A program made the translations under genes and the position numbers. Positions 57,884 to 64,000 of a stretch of 64,000 nt of DNA are shown here, in pieces. Source of the DNA: Microthyrium microscopicum (Eukaryota); assembly GCA_010405405.1 (NCBI GenBank), contig MU004239.1, positions 62,001 to 126,000 of the forward strand, read 5' to 3'. Position 1 is the stretch's first letter; every line of letters starts with the position of its first letter. The notes beneath the pieces were generated by a model. The model saw nothing but the letters and a program-made list of their open reading frames with translations, did not search any database and had not been told where the DNA came from.

Positions 57884-59956
57884 TCAATGCCCGCGCAGCT
57901 GCTTTGCCTGCCAATTATAGTGGTCGAAAATCCTGTCCAGGACATCACGGAGTTCGTGATAGCAAACATCCCAGGGCAGAGCTTCCCTTTTGTCGAACCG
58001 GAGGCCTTCCCAGCCATGTATGGTAGCTCTGTTGAGTGCTTCCAAGCATTCAAGATCGGAAACCTCGTCCCAGCCTAGGTAATTGCAGACTGTAAAGACC
58101 TGATCTAGCTCAGGTGTATCTCTAGCTACATTGGCCAAATGAAAGCATGTATTCCGGTATTCGTAATATGAAAGTTGTTTGAATTCCTCCGAAAACGAAG
58201 TATTCTCGACATTGTCTTCTTCCAATTCTGACGGATATGATGGATAGTCTGGCTCGGTGTGATAACCACAGTGTTTCCCGGCAAGGTAGCAGAGAGCACA
58301 AGCTGGCATGATGCTTCCTGTGGAGATGGGTGCGATAGGGAATGTATTGAAGCGTCCTAAGGCTTTGTGACGTGCCGGCTCCTCGAGATACGATCCATCT
58401 TCCATAGTCGCCAGGAGAAATAGCAGGAAATGATGGCGGAGAAAGTTGAAGAGGGGAATCACACTACGATAGCAACCTTTTATATCTTCCGAACCAGGAC
58501 TATCAAGGTTTGGCGTTATCTGACTTTCCGAAGCTGGACTGATTACCAATAATGATTGATCAGCTAGTGGATGTTCAACGCGCTCGAATGTATGCGCCGG
58601 ATCCAAAGGAACAACAGTTGAAGGATTTGGTAACATTGTAGGCGCTGCAGCAGCAGAATCAGGTCTCATAGATTTACAAATGCTTGGAAGCGCGCCGTAG
58701 CCTCTGTCGAATTCCCAGTAGTGTTCAGAAAATGCTGCCGCGAGGGTGAAATGCTGGGTTTTTATGCTTTTAAGGATAATATGCTCTGGCCAGTGCTTAT
58801 CAAGGTCCTCAATCCGGAGTTTTGGAACTACTGGTGGAGTAAGATCAGCATGAACCTCATTCCAGTCGTCGTCAGTAAACCATGAGCTCGTTCGCTGCTC
58901 CCAAGGCACGCCCACATCGTTGGGCCCAAAAGCTACCACGATACGTAAGTGCTGCAGGCATGGAAAATGCCAAATGCTTTTCAGTATGTCCCCGTATGTA
59001 TTATTATGACGGCCCTGTAAATCCAAGGCGTCCCATACGTCCAAGTAGCTTATCATGGCACAGCCCTCTTGTCCAAGGAATTCTTTGAACTTTGGTATAG
59101 CTGGGAGCCAATCTGTGGTGCAAACGCGAGACCTGAAAAGAATAGGCATTGCTTCATAGCGCATTTGTCGCGAGGTTCTCAGCACCGCTGAAGACAGGAA
59201 GTATTTGAGATCGTGGTTACTGCTGTCGAGTGTAATTCTTTTCAGTTCTATACCCCAGCGATCGAAAAATGGAGCGAAAGTTTCCTCAGGACCATCTATA
59301 TCCCCAGGGATGTCAATATCGAAGCAGTGCTCGTATATAAGGTTGCGTATCTCCAAAGGAAGGCGCAGGAGGTAATGGGTTAACGATGGATCGATGCATG
59401 GTGTCTCAACAATGCCCTGATGCGGCTCGACCATATATATATTGGGATACAAATCCTGTGAACTTCCAAACTCAGCCAGCCATTCGTCTGCTTCGTTGTT
59501 CTCTTCCCAATATTCATCATCGGCTAGCGAATCAACGTCATCAGTGTCGTTATTGTCCTTCACGGAATCCTCGGAGTTTTCGCTTTTGAATTCCCAGTCG
59601 TCGTAGGCTGGTACCTCGTGTGACATGTTTTCAGGTATGTCTTGGGGCAGGTTTCGTTGCATGATTTGGGATATGGCCTCCAGTACTTCCTGGAGTACGT
59701 TGCCTGGCAATATATTTAGTGTATCGCCTAAAATTTGAGCTGCTGTCCTATCCGCAGCGCGGTCTGTTGCCTGTTCTGCTGCCTCATCCGCAGCGCCGCC
59801 TGCTGCCTCGTCTGCTGCTTCATCTGAAGTCTCGTCGGAAAACTCGTTGAAGCCATTTACGGAACCATGTGATGGGCCATCCGTAGAGTTGGGGTTTTCG
59901 TCATGCGGGGCCGTTTCTGATGTCTCATCAGCGGATGATGATCTTGACAAGTCCAT
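57884..59956 (-). CDS. Hypothetical F-box-like protein, paralog A
   Basis: Long intronless ORF (start could be 59956 or 60103) with LLRLPLEIRNLIY, LRTSRQMRYEA and CALCYLAGKHCGYH. Confidence 0.8.
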   Translation of the reverse strand: MDLSRSSSADETSETAPHDENPNSTDGPSHGSVNGFNEFSDETSDEAADEAAGGAADEAAEQATDRAADRTAAQILGDTLNILPGNVLQEVLEAISQIMQRNLPQDIPENMSHEVPAYDDWEFKSENSEDSVKDNNDTDDVDSLADDEYWEENNEADEWLAEFGSSQDLYPNIYMVEPHQGIVETPCIDPSLTHYLLRLPLEIRNLIYEHCFDIDIPGDIDGPEETFAPFFDRWGIELKRITLDSSNHDLKYFLSSAVLRTSRQMRYEAMPILFRSRVCTTDWLPAIPKFKEFLGQEGCAMISYLDVWDALDLQGRHNNTYGDILKSIWHFPCLQHLRIVVAFGPNDVGVPWEQRTSSWFTDDDWNEVHADLTPPVVPKLRIEDLDKHWPEHIILKSIKTQHFTLAAAFSEHYWEFDRGYGALPSICKSMRPDSAAAAPTMLPNPSTVVPLDPAHTFERVEHPLADQSLLVISPASESQITPNLDSPGSEDIKGCYRSVIPLFNFLRHHFLLFLLATMEDGSYLEEPARHKALGRFNTFPIAPISTGSIMPACALCYLAGKHCGYHTEPDYPSYPSELEEDNVENTSFSEEFKQLSYYEYRNTCFHLANVARDTPELDQVFTVCNYLGWDEVSDLECLEALNRATIHGWEGLRFDKREALPWDVCYHELRDVLDRIFDHYNWQAKQLRGH

Positions 59957-60803
59957 GATTTGTGTTGCAAAGTGTCTGTTCCGAGTGAGGAGACTATCGA
60001 TGGCGCGCACATCGAAAACGAATCGGAAAATTGTTGATTGTCTCGTCTGGCTAATGGAACACAATAATGGCTTCGTACATAGTAGTTGGATATTTGAAGT
60101 CATGGGGTTGCAGTGATTGGATTATTCGGACCCCTGAAATTGAACCTTCCTTTTGCATGTGCGCCCCTTTCACGCGACGCGATCGACGCGTTAAGCTTCA
60201 AGAAGATACCTTATGACGCGTAATAGCGGCTAACCTGTTCACATCAGAGAACACCAAAACCCAAACCTAAAACTACTAAATTAGTTTGAGTCCTTCTTCA
60301 ACACAAATATTCGATCGATCCATTGAGTCCCTACGCCAGTTGGCAGACATCTCAGCCCTTTCGCCGTTATGTCTCGAGGTCTGTTAAGTTAAAAGTACCG
60401 CTTTTCACTGCAATATAGTCGCCTCAAAATTGGGACCGAAAGGCTAGAGATGTTCCCCGCGACCAAGGGGATGGCAGTGTTTCTTCCAGTAGAATATCGC
60501 CGCCACTGTAATCTGGCATAGACGAACCTACATTACTCGCTAAAGGCACGTACTGTGCAATTCCGCACACTAAAATTCAAGGCAACCTCTTGAAGGCAAC
60601 TAGTGTACATATGTAGAGAGACAAGTCTCAAGTTCTTCATGATACTTGTGCTTTATACTATCCTATTATACGATGAGATGTGACATTGAAGCCGTCTCTC
60701 TTGCAAGTCATCCTACAGCTTCAAGGACTTTCTGAGGAATAAACGATTGATAAGAGTGAATGATGTATGAAGACATGAACTTTTCCTTTGAGCTGACCAG
60801 CTT

Positions 60804-63173
60804 TCAGATGAATTGAGCAGTGCGATGACGGCGACGACGCCCACGACCATACTGTCCCGATGGGTTATCGAAGTGTTGCATGCTCTTATTCAATTTCATA
60901 GCAGAGACAACTTCGCGGTAAAACACTGCCCATACTGGCACATTCGTCTTATTGATTGCGTCACCTGTCCAACCATGATCCAACGCTTGATCAAGCCCTT
61001 CCAAAAGCTCTCGATGCGGCGGCTCGGCCCATTGCAGATAGTCGAGAGTCGTCCAGATCCTCGCAAAGTAAGAGAAGCCCTCGAATGCTTCGACGACTGC
61101 ACGAGAGGCCCTGCGCACGGCTCCATATGATAGATTGTCGAATTGTACAACCAGTTCTTCTTCAGACATTTTTACACCATTGATCTTCATGGCACATGGT
61201 AGTTGTTTAGGCACGCCGTGATATCCGCAATGTCGGTGAATTGCATAGCAAAGTGGGCAATCGCGCATAATGCTCCCAGTAGTACCAAGTGCGCGTGGAA
61301 AGGTAGCAAAGTCGCAAATTTGTTTCATACTTGTGCGAGCTCCCGGAGTGTCTCCCCGAATTTTGGATCTGGTTCTGTGGACAAAGAAATCGCGGAAAAA
61401 GTTGTAAATAGGAAGGACATTATGGGCCTGGTCATCGGTATCTTGCCAAGTTGGCTTGATGTCATCGCCTTCAGCACCAGTGCCAGCAGACAAAGCGGAG
61501 GGTTGGAGAGTCATATTCAAAGCTTCAGTAACTGCTACAGTCAAACCACTTACTGGTACTTCTGCTAGTGTCTCTGATGGTTTTGTATCGGTCGCAGTTG
61601 ATGGTACTGTTTTGACGTTTATAGACGTGTCCACTATAGTTGTGAAAGGTTCTTCTGCAACAGCAGTTGTCTCTATCAGGGTTGATGGTGCTTCCAAAGA
61701 ATCTGATGGCGTGTTCGCCGGAACTGTCAAAGATTCTTCTGCAACAGCAGTTGTCTCCAATAGGGTTGATGGTGCTTCCACAATATCTGACGGCGCTTCC
61801 ACGGGTATTGGCAGTTCAACTAGTGCCTTCAGGGATATTTCTGCCGGAACTAGTGCTATTTTGGATGGGCTTGATGTTGCTTCTGTCAAATTTGTTGGTG
61901 CTTCATCCATGACCAATGTCTCTGGAACATCAGGCACGACTACAGGCATTGAGAACAGCGGCGGCTCTTTGAGGCTAGAAATAGGCTGCATAGATCGCGC
62001 AAGTTGTGGAAAAGCTCCGTAGTCTCTATCAAACTCAAAATATTGCTTGCCTCTTGTCATTGCCAAGGTGAAGTGAGGAACTTTGAGCTTCTGAAGGGCA
62101 TCATACTCCGGCCAAAAATCCTCTAGGTGTTCCCTTCGCATCTTAGGAACTGCTTCTTCTTTGATCTCCCACTCGTCGCTGACAGGATCTACGAAGAAGT
62201 CACCGGGATCAAACCACGGGTGTGCTGGAAGCTCTGGTTCGTCCTCAGAGTCTTCATTGGTGTTCACCAGCTTAGGTAGTCTGAAGGAGAGGACGATACG
62301 AAGATGCTGCAGTGATGGGAACATGTCGAAATCTTTGATCTGGTATTTGAATTTTTGCTGACGACCAGGAGACAATTCCATATCTTTGAGATTCAGGCTG
62401 TCCCATATGTCCAGGTAGCTCACCATCTGACATCCTGAGGGTCCAAGAAAGTCCACGAAATATGGAAGAGCAGGAAGATAGTCTAGTGTAAAAGCACGCA
62501 TCCCGAATAGTACCGGTAAAGCTTCATAGCGAAATTGCCGCGAGGTTCGCAATAGAGGATCCGACAGGTAGAACGACAAATCTTGGCTGCCGTAGTTCAG
62601 TATGATCTTCGGAACGACTTTCTTCTCTCGGTCCTTAAATACGGTATGGGCCTCTTGAGGATGTCTTGGTCTGTCATCCAAGTAGCTATTGAAGTGGTAT
62701 TTGTATATTTGGATGCGTATTTCCAACGGAAGGCGTAAGAGATATTGCGTTATCGATGATTTACTACATGGGGTTTCGACGGCCCCACCATAAGATTCAA
62801 CAATAAAGAGTCGGTTATACAGTCTTCGAGACCCTTCCGGAAATTTTAGCAACCATTCATCGGCGGCATTGTTTTCTTCCCAATAGTCTGTATCGGCGCA
62901 CGATTCCATGTCATTGTAGCCATCATCGAAATCATCAACTTCGAGGGCTCGGCTTGCGCTTCTCCATGTGCCATTGGAGGCGGCGTCTTCGGATGAAGTG
63001 TCGTCGTCTGAGGAGTCTTCAGGTGGAGCATCATTTGGTAAGGCCGTTCCTGTCGCTTCCTCCAAAGAATCCTCATCGCTGGAGGACTCTTCTTCGCTGG
63101 AGGATTCTTCGTCTTCTTCGTCATTGTTGATGGATACCACGACTGCGGGTGGAACAGTTCTTCGGTGGCTCAT
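60804..63173 (-). CDS. Hypothetical F-box-like protein, paralog B
   Basis: 789-aa ORF with LLRLPLEIRIQIY, LRTSRQFRYEA and CPLCYAIHRHCGYH; collinear similarity to paralog A. Confidence 0.85.
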   Translation of the reverse strand: MSHRRTVPPAVVVSINNDEEDEESSSEEESSSDEDSLEEATGTALPNDAPPEDSSDDDTSSEDAASNGTWRSASRALEVDDFDDGYNDMESCADTDYWEENNAADEWLLKFPEGSRRLYNRLFIVESYGGAVETPCSKSSITQYLLRLPLEIRIQIYKYHFNSYLDDRPRHPQEAHTVFKDREKKVVPKIILNYGSQDLSFYLSDPLLRTSRQFRYEALPVLFGMRAFTLDYLPALPYFVDFLGPSGCQMVSYLDIWDSLNLKDMELSPGRQQKFKYQIKDFDMFPSLQHLRIVLSFRLPKLVNTNEDSEDEPELPAHPWFDPGDFFVDPVSDEWEIKEEAVPKMRREHLEDFWPEYDALQKLKVPHFTLAMTRGKQYFEFDRDYGAFPQLARSMQPISSLKEPPLFSMPVVVPDVPETLVMDEAPTNLTEATSSPSKIALVPAEISLKALVELPIPVEAPSDIVEAPSTLLETTAVAEESLTVPANTPSDSLEAPSTLIETTAVAEEPFTTIVDTSINVKTVPSTATDTKPSETLAEVPVSGLTVAVTEALNMTLQPSALSAGTGAEGDDIKPTWQDTDDQAHNVLPIYNFFRDFFVHRTRSKIRGDTPGARTSMKQICDFATFPRALGTTGSIMRDCPLCYAIHRHCGYHGVPKQLPCAMKINGVKMSEEELVVQFDNLSYGAVRRASRAVVEAFEGFSYFARIWTTLDYLQWAEPPHRELLEGLDQALDHGWTGDAINKTNVPVWAVFYREVVSAMKLNKSMQHFDNPSGQYGRGRRRRHRTAQFI

Positions 63174-63637
63174 ATCGGCACCGGAGCAAGCACGAAGCTA
63201 AAGAAACAAATATGGAGATAAAAACTTCTGGAGCTGTCTGGTTGAAGTCAATGTGTGGGAGAGTGTTAGGTGTGCTCCTGACAGGGATGCTATCGCGAAC
63301 TAGACGCGTTGGCTCCACAAAAAATTCGTACCTTGTTTCTATTAGGCTAGCCTGATTTCAACATCTACTTTTTCATCCTCACTCCAAGAGAAGCAGCCTA
63401 GGTCTCCAATTAGAAAGAAAGCAGCACAGGAAGACACTGCAGCATTAGTGAAAAGAGAAGCTCGTAAAGCAGTGCTACAAGAGCAATTCAATTCTAGTGA
63501 TTTGATGGCTGGCTGGCTTCTTTCCATCATCAATGAGATTGAGCAGAGGAAAAATTGAATCAATGAAGTTGCATAAAACCAAATCGAGGAAAGCAGTACA
63601 TTCTAAATTAGCCACTGGCAAAGCAGATACTTGAAAT

Positions 63638-63769
63638 TAAGTAAGTAAGTAAGTAAGTCAGTAAGTAAGTAAGTAGGTAGGTAGGTAGGTAGGTAGGTAG
63701 GTAGGTAGGTAGGTAGGTAGGTAGGTAGGTAGGTAGGTAGGTAGGTAGGTAGGTAGGTAGGTAGGTAGG
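63638..63769. repeat. Compound tetranucleotide microsatellite (TAAG)n-(TAGG)n
   Basis: Directly visible; the unit switches from TAAG to TAGG near 63674. Confidence 0.97.
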
Positions 63770-64000
63770 AAGAGAGGCATCCTCGTGATCTCCTTTGAGA
63801 TCATACTAGAGTATCATTGCCATAAGGACTGCTTGCATTTTCTATGTCAACTTTCCTACAACTTTTGCTCTTCAGCACACAGTACCAGACAAGAAGATGA
63901 TCCGAAACGACTGTCCAATTCCCAACGGGTCAAAGACACATTGATAACACCGAAACTATCGTCAGCAGCCCGGAAACATGGATCCATTGGTCTTCTCAGC

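Noticed and set aside
63638..63769. Telomere-like repeat
   Set aside because: The unit is TAGG/TAAG rather than TTAGGG and is flanked by ordinary sequence on both sides.

Overview
Gene-dense nuclear DNA of a filamentous ascomycete (Pezizomycotina): short GT-AG introns with CTRAY branch sites, fungal gene families, and AT-rich repeats damaged by RIP. The species cannot be determined from the sequence. About 18 protein-coding loci are supported: class 3 lipase, small SET/post-SET protein, SulP sulfate permease, D-amino acid oxidase disrupted by an insertion, fucosyltransferase-like membrane protein, Gfo/Idh/MocA oxidoreductase, secreted alpha/beta hydrolase, AA9 LPMO, intronless crotonase, two tandem F-box-like paralogs, an NmrA-like pseudogene and several hypotheticals. 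Four DNA transposon relics are present: a 7.3-kb pogo/Fot-like element, a 2.9-kb piggyBac-like element and two MITEs. The standout observation is a tRNA-Tyr(GUA) gene at 5646-5829. Besides its normal anticodon-loop intron, it appears to be split by two spliceosomal (GT...CTRAC...TAG) introns, one in each strand of the acceptor stem. The perfect 7-bp acceptor stem with the C1:G72/A73 Tyr identity set exists only after both are removed. Exon boundaries and RIP-reverted translations were read by eye and need computational confirmation.
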